From Eledone cirrhosa (taxonomy: Eukaryota): a DNA stretch of 64,000 nt. The stretch lies in assembly GCA_964016885.1 (NCBI GenBank), contig OZ024745.1:106888001-106952000 (forward strand). The letters run 5' to 3'. The position numbers and the translations under genes were made by a program. Of the stretch, positions 49,097 through 62,931 are shown in pieces; within the stretch, counting starts at the first letter, position 1; the number at the start of each line of letters is the position of its first letter. A model generated the notes under the pieces. That model ran no database searches. It had not been told where the DNA came from and worked only from the letters and a program-made list of their open reading frames with translations.

Positions 49097-49439
49097 ACAT
49101 TTCCTGTAGATCTTCCACCTTCCACCATCCACACTGCACGGTCCTCCATTAACTCGTCTGAATTATTACAATTAATAGACAAATGAAATGAATAAATTAA
49201 ATTAGATTGACTAAACAAAGAAACCAATAAATAAATAACTATCTAAATAAATGAATACAGTCAGATGGAGAGTTGTCGATGGTCTTGGAATGGAAAGAGG
49301 TACCGTTTTATGACGGTACTGTGAGTCATGTTCCACCGGAAATAGTATCCATGATGGAAATGGCGTAGAAGAAGGGAAAGAGGTGGTGGGGAGATTTTAG
49401 TGAATGAGACAAAACTGGGGCGGGTGGTGGCTGAGAAAA

Positions 49440-50005
49440 ATAGCTAGAGAGGTAGAGAGAGGGGTTAAAAAGAGAGAGGTAGTGAGAAAGAGAGAAAGAG
49501 AGAACGGAAGAGAGTGAGAGAGAGATAATAAACGTGGGCGGTTGAGAGAGAGGGCGGAGAGAGGTTGAGAGAGAGAGAGAGAGAGGTTGGGAGAGAGAGA
49601 GAGAGAGAGAGAGAATAAACGTGGGAGGTAAAGAGAGAGAGAGGGAGAGAGAAAGAGATAATAAAGGAGGGAGTTAAAGAAAGAGAAAGTGAAGGAGAGA
49701 AAGAGAGAAAGGGAGAGAGGAAGAGAGAAAGAGATAGATAGAGAGAGAGAGAGGAAGACAGAAAGAGAGAGAGGAAGACAGAAATAGAGGGAGATAATAA
49801 ACGTGGGAGATAAAGGGAGTGAGAGAGTCGTGTGAGGTAGAGCGAGAGAGAGAGAAAGAGAGAGAGATAGAGAGAGAGAGAAAGAAAGAAAGGGAGAGAG
49901 ATAAGAAATTTAAAGAGAGGGAGTGTGTGAGAGGAAGAGGAAGGAGTTGAATGAGAACGAGAGTAATAGAGTATGTAAGAAAGAGAGTGATAGAGAGAAA
50001 GAAAC
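49440..50005. repeat. (GA)n-rich polypurine tract
   Basis: Degenerate GA repeats with recurring ATAATAAACGTGGG. A second tract lies at about 52000-52680. Confidence 0.9.
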
Positions 50006-50029
50006 AGTGTGACTGGTGAGTGTGTGTGA

Positions 50030-51060
50030 GTGTGCATGTACATGTGTGTGTATGTGTGTGTGTATGTGTGTGTGTGTTTGTGTGCTTGTTTATGCATTTG
50101 TATGAGCATGTGCATGTGTATGTATGTGTGTGTGTATGGGCCTGTTTATGCATTTGTATGAGCATGTGCGTGTGTGTGTGTGTATGTATGTGTGTGTGTT
50201 TGTGGGCCTGTTTATGCATTTGTATGAGCATGTGCTTGTGTGTGTATGTATGTGTGTGTGTGTGTTTGTGGGCCTGTTTATGCATTTGTATGAGCATGTG
50301 CATGTGTGTGTGTATGTATGTGTGTGTGTGTTTGTGTGCCTGTTTATGCATTTGTATGAGCATGTGCGTGTGTGTGTATGTGTGTGTGTTTGTGTGCCTG
50401 TTTATGCATTTGTATGAGCATGTGCGTGTGTGTGTGTGTATGTATGTGTGTGTGTGTTTGTGTGCCTGTTTATGCATTTGTATGTGCATGTGCATGTGTG
50501 TGTATGTGTGTGTGTATGTGTGTGTGTGTTTGTGGGCCTGTTTATGCATTTGTATGTGCATGTGCATGTGTGTGTATGTATGTGTGTGTGTGTTTGTGTG
50601 CCTGTTTATGCATTTGTATGAACATGTGCATGTGTGTGTATGTGTGTGTGTATGTGTGTGTGTGTTTGTGTGCCTGTTTATGCATTTGTATGTGCATGTG
50701 CATGTGTGTGTGTGTTTGTGTGCCTGTTTATGCATTTGTATGTGCATGTGCATGTGTGTGTATGTGTGTGTGTGTGTGTTTGTGTGCCTGTTTATGCATT
50801 TGTATGTGCATGTGTGTGTATGTATGTGTGTGTGTGTTTGTGTGCCTGTTTATGCATTTGTATGAGCATGAGCATGTGTGTGTGTATGTATGTGTGTGTG
50901 TGGATGTATGTGTGTGTGTGTTTGTGTGCCTGTTTATGCATTTGTATGAGTGTGTGCATGTGTGTGTGTATGTGTGTGTGTGTGTGTTTGTGGGCCTGTT
51001 TATGCATTTGTATGAGCATGTGCATGTGCATGTGTGTGTGTGTGTGTGTGTGTGTGTAGG
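50030..51060. repeat. Minisatellite: ~35-bp conserved core TTTGTGTGCCTGTTTATGCATTTGTATGAGCATGTGC with variable (TG)n spacers, ~15 units
   Basis: Core is directly visible, repeating every ~50-85 bp. Confidence 0.95.
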
Positions 51061-51203
51061 TATGTGAATGTGTGCGTGTGTATGTGTGTATGTGTGTATG
51101 TGTGTGTTTGTGTGTGTGTGTGTATGTGCGGGAAGTATGCAAAAGTGAGCCATAAAAAATTGAGAGAGTGAGAGATAAACAGTGTGTGTTTGTTAGTAAG
51201 GAA

Positions 51204-51271
<68 letters not shown>

Positions 51272-51501
51272 AGGAAGTTATTGAAAGATAGAGTGGGTGA
51301 TAAAAACATAGTGTAATATATATATATATATGTGTATATATATATATGTGTATACATATATATATATACATATATATATATACAAATATATATATATACA
51401 CATATATATACACACATATATATTTATATATATAAATATATATATACACATATATATATACATATATATATATATATACACACATATATATATATATACA
51501 C

Positions 51502-51532
<31 letters not shown>

Positions 51533-51711
51533 CACACATATATATATATATATATATATACAAATATATATATATACACATATATACATATATATATATA
51601 TACAAATATATATATATACACATATATATATACATATATATACACACATATATATATATATATACAAATATATATATATACACATATATATATACATATA
51701 TATATATATAT

Positions 51712-51744
<33 letters not shown>

Positions 51745-52227
51745 CAAATATATATATATACACATATATATACATACATATATATATGTGTGTGTGTGTG
51801 TATGAAAAGAGCTAGAGGGAATGGGTGTATGTACTTATATGCACTTGTATGAGCGCATGTGTGTGTGTGATGACTGTGTGTAGTTGAAAGTAATCGAATT
51901 TAGAGACAATAAAAGACTTTGTGAGAGTGTTGAATCAGAATGAGAGAGTGGGCTGGAGGCGGCGGCGGAGGGAGAGGGGGGGGGGGGGTAGTTCAGATAT
52001 AACAAAAGAGAGAGAAGAGGAGGGAGAGAATAATAGAGACATTGAGAAATGAAATAAGGAGATGAAGGACTGTAAGATAGATAGTAAGATTGGGAGATAG
52101 ATGGAGAATAAAAGAGAGTGGGTGAAACTGAGTAAGAGAGGGTGGGGGTGTAGGGTGGGGACGGATAAAGAGACAGGGGGGAGGGAGAGAGAGACAGAGA
52201 GAGAAAGAGGCAGGGAAAGAATGAGGC

Positions 52228-52293
<66 letters not shown>

Positions 52294-52329
52294 TAAGATG
52301 CAGGGAAAGAAGGAGTCAGGGAGAGAGAC

Positions 52330-52368
<39 letters not shown>

Positions 52369-52405
52369 GAAAGAGACAGGGAAAGAAGGAGGCAGGGAGA
52401 GAGAC

Positions 52406-52462
<57 letters not shown>

Positions 52463-53930
52463 GAAAGAGAGAGGGAGAGAGAGAGACAGAGAGAAAGAGG
52501 AATGGAAAGAAGGAGGCAGGGAGAGAGAGAAACAGAGAGAAAGGGGCAGGGAAAGAAGGAGGCAGGGAGAGAGACATGGATAGAGAGAGAGAAAGAGAGA
52601 AGGAGAGTGAGAGAGAAAGAGGCAGGGAGAGAGACAGGGAGAGAGACAGAGGCAGGGAAAGAGGGGGTGGGGAGCAAAAAGGAATATCTTTTCACCAAAG
52701 AGAAATGAAAGATAATAGTTATCAGGGGAATGACGGCACTATGTGGTCAGTCAATCTGAAAGAAATAGCTGCCAAATCTATTTAAAAACCTCACCTCTAC
52801 ATCTTAAAAATGGAAGTACACATTGGATAATGTAGTTTTAGATATAGCATATATGTGGGAAAGAGGGACCAATCATACATCTATATGATTTGGTTGGTCA
52901 TTGTTATACTCAACCCTGGTAGACTTGGGGTTAAAGAAAATAATAAAATAGCAGCACTACGGATGCTTGAAGGAACCTCTTCGTGGTTGCTCGATCATAT
53001 ACAAATAGCAACCAAATTTCCTCCAAGCCATTCCATACCGTCATAAGGATTGACCATAAGTCATAATAATGTACTGCATGGCATAAAACATAAAGAAAAG
53101 AGAAGATTAACTGAGCTAAAATGTTTTTTGTTGTTTTATTTTTGCTGGAATCGTGTGTAGAAGAATGAATAAACTCTAATTCTTTACTGGTATGCAATTT
53201 TATCGACCGCAGATGAAAGAGGAAAACTCGATTCCAGCAATAATCACGGTTAATTATCAGAGTAATTATGGTAAAAATTGCAATCTAGTACTGCGTTCAA
53301 CTCTATCGTCTGTATTTCCACTTATACAGCAATAAATAGAGAATAGTCCACACCACATTAGATTTATTGTATCTCAGTATTGAAGTTACTGCTATCATAT
53401 TTAATGTAGTAAGCATTTTAGAAAGACAATTACAACTAACTATCCAGCGAGTAAAAAGCAATATTAATCCATTTTAAAATTATTCCAACAAGGATTGGAA
53501 GACAACTCCGGACACTTTTCGGTATTAACAGATGTTCTCAGAGAAGAAAAAAAATATTAGTCAATTTTGTATAAGTATTTCGGAAGAAACTGGACACATT
53601 TTCGACATATTTTGCTTTAATCAGACCCAATACACATGCTCTCGTCCTTGACAAGTACAACATCAAGAATGCACTGTGTTTGGGAAAAGGACAAAGTGAA
53701 AACAGTGAGAGCGACTTTCAATATATTCTGCACTATTAAGGAGGCTGATAAACATGAAGAACAACGATCGATACTGCGAACCAATACGGGAGACTTTAAA
53801 TCAGTAATTCCCAATGAGTGCAGCGTCCCAATCTCACGCAGGGCAGGATGTAGCGGGGTAATTTAAAGGGCAATCGTATTTATTTGTATATTGAGAATAA
53901 TCGTGTAGTTAATATATTTATATATATATA

Positions 53931-54028
53931 TAGGCAAAAATGATTAATGAAAGAGTTACAAGCCGTTAAAACATATCTTTATAAAGATATGTTTTAACGG
54001 CTTGTAACTCTTTCATTAATCATTTTTG

Positions 54029-54086
<58 letters not shown>

Positions 54087-54408
54087 CAAAAATGATTAAT
54101 GAAAGAGTTACAAGCCGTTAAAACATATATATATAGGCAAAAATGATTAATGAAAGAGTTACAAGCCGTTAAAACATATCTTTATAAAGATATGTTTTAA
54201 CGGCTTGTAACTCTGTCATTAATCATTTTCCCTATCACGCTCTGCGTATCCTTGTACCCGAAATATTAACCTTCTCTAATATTTAACCCTGATAACCCAG
54301 GCATCGAGCACTTATGCACTCGCCTTTGGCATGTAATACTCTGTATCGCACCTCTTTATACCTCCTCTTTCTATCCCCTTGTACGATACTCTAACTTTTT
54401 ATTATATA

Positions 54409-54465
<57 letters not shown>

Positions 54466-54528
54466 ACATATATATATATATAATAAAAAGCTACAGTATC
54501 GTAAAAGAGGATAGAAAGAGGAGGTATC
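53931..54528. repeat. Compound palindrome cluster in (TA)n (fold-back family D)
   Basis: Perfect 102-bp palindrome at 53931-54032, half arm at 54083-54130, near-perfect palindrome at 54133-54234, tail to 54403, and an inverted copy of the tail end at 54481-54528. Confidence 0.92.
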
Positions 54529-54639
54529 TTCAATATATGGATAGTTATATATATTTCATTTCCAAATAGGCTTGATATAAACATTTATCCCGACCAATAT
54601 ACTTGAAGTTAGGTGGAAAGGTTTCCACTTCCAGTATAG

Positions 54640-55400
54640 CCACTAGCAAGGTGAAAAGACATCTTTTGACAAAATATGAACATCTGGCAAACATGGCATT
54701 TTAATAGATTGAAAGACTTTGTGAACAGCAGAAATGCTAGCAATCGTATCTCGAAAAATGAGTGATCATCTTATACAATATACCGATTGTATCTACGGAA
54801 GTAGATGAATTGATCGCTGAACAGACAAAACCAAATACAATAGCTGAAAAATTGATTCAGCCTGCAAGCAGTTTGATTGTAAAAACTTCGTTTGGTGATG
54901 AATACTGAAGGAGAAGTTATGAAAATTTCTTTGTTTGATAATACAATTAGCAGAAGAATAGTTGATATGTCAGCTAATATTGCGAAGCGTGGTTCCGATG
55001 TATGAAGAATTTTCAATTTGTCATTCAAGTTGATGAATCAATCGACATTGGTGGAAATATACAGTTGCTTAACTATATCAGATTCATTCACAATGACGAA
55101 ATAATTGCAGCTTCTATTTTGCAAGTAATTTGAAACACATCAGAAGCCAATATATTTTTCAAGCTTTGTTTGAGTTTTGGAAAAAGTCAAAATCTCATGA
55201 GACTTTTAACTGGAATTTGTACAGGGGAAGCGCCATATATTATAGGGAATGTGAGAGGCTTGGCGGCTCTCATTAAACAGAAATATTCAAAGATAATATA
55301 AACTCCCCCCCTTTTTTCTTCTTTGTTTTCTTTTTTTTTTGCATAGAGAGAAATTAGTCACATCGGCGTAAACATTGTAAATACAATTATGAGTGGAGAC
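54640..55400 (+). pseudogene. Decayed hAT (Charlie/Buster-type) transposase
   Basis: Fragments KRHLLTKYEHL, KPNTIAEKLIQPA, KISLFDNTISRRIVDMSANI, IQVDESIDIGG, YIRFIHNDEII, GICTGEAP and LHRE, with multiple stops and frameshifts. Confidence 0.85.
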
Positions 55401-56034
55401 AGAAGTAACAATAACAATAACATTTGTACTCACACAAACATATCAACGAACGAAAGTCCAGGTTTTTACTTTGCAAATTCATTTTCCTTGAGACGGTCAT
55501 TTAATGCGTATTAAAAGTGAGAGAACAACTATATAGCAACATTCGATCACTAAAACTGATTCGTTTTTGTCAGATGTGATTATTTGCAATTAGTGGAAGC
55601 CCTCGCTGGCATTGGAGAGACATTTCCTTCACACAGAGAAGGAAAACATATGGCACAATATCTCTTGTTTTCAAGACCGAGGACGAGGCATGAGCACAAT
55701 CTCATTTGTTGGGACATGATATATCTGCTCGTAAACATGTTTCTGGTTATTTGCAGACCTGATCAGGGACGAAGAGAAATAAAACTACAAAAACCACAAA
55801 ACAAATAAAGTTTACCTATGGAGTTTAAGCTACACTACACTATAACCAACCGCACTGGACATTCTGGACTCAGGAATCTTAAATAGTACACGAATGATTT
55901 GAAGGGTGTGCGAAATCAGGATAGTGAGGTGCTCTGTTCAAGCATGTACCAATGTACATGGTGGTTTGACGTTGTTATAAACTGAATCTTCTTTTTTGAT
56001 TTGTAATTATATCATGTTTATTTTTTTACAAACC

Positions 56035-56670
56035 TACGTTCTGAGTTCAAATCCCGCCGAGGTTCACTTTGCCTTTCATCCTTACGGGGTCGTAAAATAA
56101 AGTACCAGTAACGCACTGGAGTCTATTTAATCGACTTTCCCCTCCCCCAAAATTGCTGGCCTTGTGCCTATATAACCAACCATTATTTGTAATTATTGCA
56201 TTTTGATTGTTTTTTTACAAACCTTCATTGTGAGATCAAATCCTTCCGAGGTTCACTTTGCCTTTCATCCTACGGGGTCGATAAAATAAAGCACCAGTAA
56301 CGTACTGGGGTCGATTTAATCAACTTTCTTCTCTCCCCAAATAACTGGCCTTGTGCCTATACTAGAAATCATTCAAATCTCGCTGAGGTTAACTTTGTCT
56401 TTTATCCTTACGGGGTCGATAAAATAAAGTACCAGTAATACACTGATTTAATTGCTGCCAAAAGTAGAAACAATTATTATTTGTAATTATTGCATGTTTA
56501 TTTTATTTTTACAAACCTTCCCGCAGAGGTCAACTTTGCATTTCATCCTTACGGGGTCGATAAAACTGAGTACGAGTTAAGTATAGAGGTCGATGTAATC
56601 GGCTGTTCCCCCTAACTCAAATTGCTGGCCTTGTGTCTAAATTAGAATCCATCATCATCATCATCATCAA
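56035..56670 (+). mobile_element. Head-to-tail array of 4 5'-truncated tRNA-derived SINEs
   Basis: Repeated GAGGTTCACTTTGCCTTTCATCCTTACGGGGTCG, with a shared spacer TTGTAATTATTGCA..TTTTTTACAAACCT that implies tandem duplication. Confidence 0.88.
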
Positions 56671-56689
56671 AATTATTATTATTTAACAG

Positions 56690-57300
56690 TAATATTATTA
56701 TTGTATATCGTCTCTGCGCTAGAGATCGCAGCCGCGTGAGGCTTGATTATGCCTAGTGTTTTGATTTTGGATGTTTACGTGCTATTGTACTGAAAGTATT
56801 CTGTATGTGTACAGGGTCCAATTGTGCTATTTTCTCTAACATGCTCGTATTTATAAGTCCTCCCGAAGCTTTGGTTTTGCATGACTTTTTATCATTTCTA
56901 CAGCATTTTTTACCAAAGGGATTGTTTATTTTTTCATATTAAGGTTATCTCTATTTCCAGATTTTGGATAATTTGGATAATATTTGGATACTTTCTCAAT
57001 TTCTTTTAGAGATAGATACATTGTTATCTGTTGGGCGGATACTCCAGTTAGAAAGCACTTGTTTCCCTGGTCGTCTTTCACAACAATATCCATTTCCTTT
57101 GTCTTGATGTCCCAGTCTGACTCCATATTCCAGAATAAGATTTCATTTTTAATTCTACTAGACCTTTTCTGATGTACGTTATACGAACTTTTTTTCTTAG
57201 CAGTTTGTATTTCATAAAACTGGCATAATTTCCGTATAATGAGGCTAGTGATATCCATAAAGAGCAATATGATTAGCCGACAGAAAATATCTCCATTGTC
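56690..57300 (-). mobile_element. Decayed 3' end of a restriction-like-endonuclease LINE (R4/Dong-like)
   Basis: ILFWNMESD...DIVVKDDQGNKCFLTGVS...KEIEKVSKY resembles the RLE motif ILWD..PDIVV.D...C.LID...KE.EK..KY; it ends in AAT-rich repeats. Confidence 0.65.
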
Positions 57301-58497
57301 AGTTGAATTACTATCTCTTTGACATACGCTGCTATTATAGATACGCCAGTGGTTATGGGGTTGCGCGACCTTGGCGACAGTCCTTAATTATTTTGCAAGC
57401 GTAAGGTCAGCGCGCCCTCGTATCGTTTTCGTTATTCAGACTGGCTTTTCTCTTCTTCTTTTCTCCTTTCTTTTTCTTTCTTTGCTTCCTCCTTTTTTTT
57501 ATATTCTGTTTTGTTTCTTCCTCCACCCTTTACCCGGCTGATATTTGAAGTGACGGGTAGTTAGGGGAAATTAGATGGAAGGGACGGTTTTTTTTTTTTG
57601 TAGCATCAAAGAAGCCTGACGTTAATTCACTGAGAGGGAGTTAACTGTACACGTGCTCACACATACGCATACACCAACACGCACACTCAGACTGGTATGC
57701 ATTTATACAGAACACACACGCACGCACACACACACACACTACACACACACACACACACACACAAATTCCACCACATTCACAAACATATACATAAAATCAC
57801 TAACGCCAGACCATACAGCCACCTGCATAAATATATACACATAATATACAAACATATACACAACCAATATATACGTAGAGCAGCACCCACAATCACTCAA
57901 CAATTGAAGCACATACACAAACACACTCACGAAAACACATACGTATGTATATGTGTAAATACGCACATACATCAACATGCACCCGCATCATCTTGAACGC
58001 ATTCACTCATATAAACAAATAAACAAGAAAAAAATAATAATAAAACACGCACACATACACACATTCATATCAACTATTACTCACATACATTAACTCCCGT
58101 ATAAATATGCATATTTATATATGCCAGCATACGCATACATACAATAACACGTAAACATATTCATAAACACGAACTCACATCCACAAACAGGCAGTTAAAC
58201 AATCTATGAAAGCAATCTATGAAAGCAACACGCACATCAATACACACGCAGAGCGCAAATGCATACATGCATGCACGCAAGTACACTCACGCATTAATTC
58301 AGATATACAAATGCACACACACAGTCCAGACAGACTAATGTTGCACATAATGCACTCAAAAATTCACTCACATATACAGAAACATGCACACATACATATA
58401 GACTCATATGATCACGGATGTATGGTATCGCTTACCATATGCACATAGACACGTTCGAAAAGCGTTCATAACGACAAAATCATGCATAAATTCTTTC

Positions 58498-58554
<57 letters not shown>

Positions 58555-58735
58555 TACATGCATATCTAACCCCACTCTTAAGAAACGGCACACCCAAAAT
58601 AACATAGAGATATACATGCACACATGCATAAATACACATATAATGTACACATACATACATACCTGTACCTATATATATATATACATATATATGACTTGGC
58701 AAGCTATTTAGAACACTGGTTTAACCGCTTTACTT

Positions 58736-58768
58736 CCCTCCGAAGAAGAGATATCTCGAAAATTAAGG
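58736..58768 (+). ncRNA. Degenerate minimal hammerhead-like motif
   Basis: CCT-CCGAAGA-A-GAG-atat-CTC-GAAA-ATTA-AGG followed by AATAAA. One core mismatch (C instead of U at position 4). Confidence 0.4.
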
Positions 58769-59174
58769 ACATTTAAATAAATCTAAGGTAAAAGACTAAT
58801 TGTCAACAATATCTTTTGCATTTGCATTCTTTATTCTATGTCCATACCTGCATTGTTTTGGCTTTATTATACATATACAAACGTTTATATATATATATAT
58901 AATTTAAGAAGGAAGAGGGACATGGTTGGCTATACAATAAGGGCTTTATTCACATTGCTTTATTCACATTTAATACCATCCACAACACGGAGTACTCTAA
59001 CTGGACTACATCTAAGTGGTCTACCTATAACCGCAACTTGTTATCCCGTAAATATATATAAATATATATATATATATATAGTTATAGAGCACTCTCCTTT
59101 CCAATAACTAAATAGCTCTGTAGCCTACATAGAGCACTCTCCTTTCCTTTACCTTTCCTACGGAAACACTTAAT

Positions 59175-59254
<80 letters not shown>

Positions 59255-59265
<11 letters not shown>

Positions 59266-59833
59266 TGAAGATGTTTGTGTGTGTGAGTTTGAATCCCTAA
59301 AACTAGAGAAGCACCTAACCGACTGTTTTCAAACTTTACACATGTAATACTTATGTTTCAGGGAGTGTTCTAAGCAAAAATTGTCAAATTTGTAATGCCC
59401 TAGGGACTGCATTAGGCGATTTGGCGATCTCTCTCTATAATTCTTAGTCTTTCTCTTTTTAGATAGATACATACATATAACGTCGCGCACTTATCATATC
59501 TGTCTGTATGTCTGGTTGTCTGCAATACGTCACTTCCTACAATTCGCTCTGCGTCCAGAACTCGCCCTTATAATATCTGTCTGTATGTCTGGCTGTCTGC
59601 TGCTTCCGGTTATTCTGCTACCCTTGCTCAAGACAAATCTCACACTCATTCCCCAAGCAGTTGGTAAGTGCACACAACTTCTTCCTCACGTTTTAAGCCA
59701 CAGTGTTGCTTACTTACGTACCACCAGACCCTTACTTCTTTGCCAGCCTGGGTTGTGGCAATACTAAGCTTAGCTAAGGCGGTTATATATTTCACAATAC
59801 CTTATCCCGTGCAACGCCGGGTACCACTGCTAG
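59255..59833 (+). mobile_element. Non-autonomous Helitron
   Basis: 3' hairpin CCCGTGCAACGCCGGG followed 9 nt later by CTAG|T. The 5' end TATATAAAACTGAAG..TGTGTGTG emerges from (TA)n. Confidence 0.8.
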
Positions 59834-59835
59834 TA

Positions 59836-60108
59836 TATAATAAATGAAATCTGAGTTTTTCGAATATTAATAATAACATTCGATTCGTTTGCAATTATGC
59901 AAACAAGCCACAATTTTATAGCCATGTCAGTAGCCATGCCAACACAAGAGCAAGAATGAAGGGTTCATTCTACTGACATGGCTATAAAATTGAGGCTTGT
60001 TTGCATAATTGCAAACGAATCGAATGTTATTATTAATATTCGAAAAACTCAGATTACATTTATTGTATTCAGCCATGTAGAGCGAACATTTTCTTTTTCT
60101 TTATAGAT
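59836..60108 (+). mobile_element. Fold-back element, family E
   Basis: ~98-bp near-perfect inverted arms (59836-59933 / 59970-60067), ~40-bp tail, then (TA)n. Confidence 0.85.
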
Positions 60109-60139
60109 ATATATATATAACAAAGTGAACCATATATAT

Positions 60140-60237
60140 ATAACAGGTGAACCATAACACACCAGAGTACTCAATACTCAGTTCGGATCTAGCTGACGAA
60201 ACGGCCGGAGTTCAGCCGTCGAAGTCCTGACTCTTTT

Positions 60238-60242
<5 letters not shown>
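60140..60242 (-). mobile_element. Family A element, minus orientation, one arm deleted
   Basis: Inverted tail (ACCAGAGTACTCAATACT) joined to CAGTTCGGATCTAGCTGACGAAACGGCC...TCTTTTCTTAT. Confidence 0.8.
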
Positions 60243-60288
<46 letters not shown>

Positions 60289-60680
60289 ATACATATACGA
60301 GCACACACATGCTGAATCCCGAATACACACATAAAATAACTCGATGCACTGATACGCACATAAATATTCACTTACGTATACATAATACTATTGTATTCTT
60401 GTCGAATACAATACCTATACTTACACACCAACTCTAACTCGCATAACATACCTATTTAAAAGAATATATAAGCCTTGTTTGTCCTGCAAGCAATAGCAAC
60501 CAGACTTTACTCAAATTATGCTTTAAACTTTACAAAATGACGTGATCTTTTGAATTTTAGTTCTGTACATCCATAAACACGGAATAAAATCAGCTAAAAC
60601 GACATTCACCATCGTTCTGCTCAATTAAATGTGACATCAAAAGCAAATGCTTACAATCTACTATATTCATACTACATATA

Positions 60681-60770
<90 letters not shown>

Positions 60771-60844
60771 CATATATATTTATACATATATATGTATAAT
60801 ATATATATATAAAAATATATATATATATATATATAATATATGTA

Positions 60845-61331
60845 GTAATAAACACAGTAAATCGTGCGTCTAAAATTACGAGGCTTGAAATACCACATTT
60901 GTTTGAGAAATGTAATCAGAAGCAAACGGAATATACATAAAATAAAATAAAATATATACAGACCGCCTCAATAACTATTGCATCACCCGGACAGATTAGG
61001 GATTTAATCTGTTTCGCCCTGAGAATTGTGTTTGTAACAGATAATCGGTGGGCATCATCAGCGAGAGAATAGATTAAATGAAACAAACACCTAAGCCAAA
61101 AGCCACACGAATGAATAGTTCACCTCGTGTGCTAGAAGTCAAAAGTGGTGTGAGTGGATTGGCTAGAAACAATAGCCTAATACACCCAACTTATAAATTC
61201 ACCTAGTAGGGAGCCGAAAGACAAATATAAGGCAGAGTTAATAACTCATATATTATTAAAATGCTCAGTATTTATACTTTGAGCTTGTTAATTACAGGTA
61301 TCAGTATGAGTTATTAACTCAGCCTTTTATT

Positions 61332-61334
<3 letters not shown>
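60845..61334 (-). mobile_element. Penelope-like pLTR fragment with 5' fold-back and complete hammerhead
   Basis: Island between two (TA)n tracts, 30-bp inverted arms at 61221-61250 / 61305-61334, hammerhead at 60986-61065. Confidence 0.78.
60986..61065 (-). ncRNA. Type I hammerhead ribozyme, structurally complete
   Basis: CUCG-CUGAUGA-U-GCCC-(30-nt loop)-GGGC-GAA-ACAGAUUA-aauccc-UAAUCUGU-C-CGGG: intact core, stems of 4, 4 and 8 bp, GUC triplet. Confidence 0.88.
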
Positions 61335-61395
<61 letters not shown>

Positions 61396-61497
61396 AAAAC
61401 ACACGATACATGGATACTTACTCATACACAAAGATGCAAACATTTATTTATTTTGTCCTTAGTTGCAGATTTGCAAACGGTGAATCTCTACTTTAAT

Positions 61498-61691
61498 CAG
61501 ACCTGCCAACCTCTAAAATCCCGAACGAAAATTCTCCAAAACGGGGAGAAATGAGACAAAATGGGCAGATTGTACAGAATGAAACCTATAGCCATTTTCA
61601 TAAGAGAAGACATCTCTCACCCACTCCAAAGTGTGTGTGTCTGTGGAGGGGGTGGGGTCTTCCCGTCGAACTGTGAGAGTTGGCAGGTCTG
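61498..61691. mobile_element. MITE with 13-bp TIRs CAGACCTGCCAAC
   Basis: Perfect terminal inverted repeat. Superfamily uncertain; no clear TSD. Confidence 0.75.
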
Positions 61692-62805
61692 CATATAAAT
61701 ACTACAGATATTCATATATATATATATATATATATGCAAAAGCGCACGATATATAGATACTTACTCATACATAAAGATACACGCAGATATTTATTTTGTC
61801 CTTAGCTACAGGTTTGCAAAGTATGAACCTCTACTTTAATGCATTACAGGTGTTGAGACTGACAACGGATTATGTGTAACTTGGAGGCCATTAGTCAAAA
61901 ATATGATTTTTTAAAAAATCAAATGGTAACAGGCTAAGTGTAAAAATGAGACAAGGAAAAAGTCAAACATATTTTTAGATATACTCTCACGACTTCGCTT
62001 TTAAGAGAAAATGAGTTTAACATTTTATTTAGTCACAAGGTGGCTAAAAATCCCCCAAAACTGTCACGTCAGTCTTAAGGTATGCATATCATTGTCCATG
62101 ACCCTACACAAGAATGCAATGTGTATCTGAATCCTGTACGTATTTATGTGTTACACAAATAGCAAAATGTTGGCCAAAAAGATTATAACGTTTATACCAC
62201 ACACACACACAAACGCACGTACACAAACTCACTTACACAAACTCACATACACAAACTCACTTACACAAACTCACATACGAGTGTATATGTGTCTATGGTT
62301 TGTGTAGGCCTCCAGGACGTTTCTATGTAATAAATTTCATTTACTTCATATTGCTTAAACGCAAATTATGGTAGAAGACACTTGCCTAAGTTGCCTCAGA
62401 GAGGAATAGAAGTTGAATCCATGGAGTTGTGAACTCCTTAACTACACAAGCATGTCGACACATATGTTACTCATAGACCTGGAGAAATAACATCAAACAC
62501 GCACACATATCTACACATACATATTCTCATGATAAATACTATGAACTAACGAAGGCGAGTCTATGTTGTCTCTCGACCTTTGGAAATAGTAGCCACATAT
62601 CTTCCAAATAATATTCCATTGACTTAGAAAAAGAGGTATAAACCTGATAATGTTTATTTAAAAAAAGACCGGATGGTTATATCATTTCAGCATAATTCTG
62701 TTCTATCAAGTATGATGGAGAGCTGAACAACAACAACAACAACAACAACAACAAACGTATATACACGCAGTCCTATATTTATCCATCTATCTTTCTCCCC
62801 CCCCC

Positions 62806-62838
<33 letters not shown>

Positions 62839-62931
62839 GTGTGTGTGTGTGTATGTATGTATGTATATACTATACATACATTCATGTATACATCGCTATT
62901 TCAGAGCACCAATCTTAATATATATATATAT

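Noticed and set aside
50030-51060. CRISPR-like repeat-spacer appearance
   Set aside because: Spacers are (TG)n microsatellite of variable length, the context is eukaryotic, and there are no cas genes.
51835-52708. Arg/Glu-rich and Ser/Leu-rich ORFs
   Set aside because: Translations of (GA)n/(CT)n tracts.
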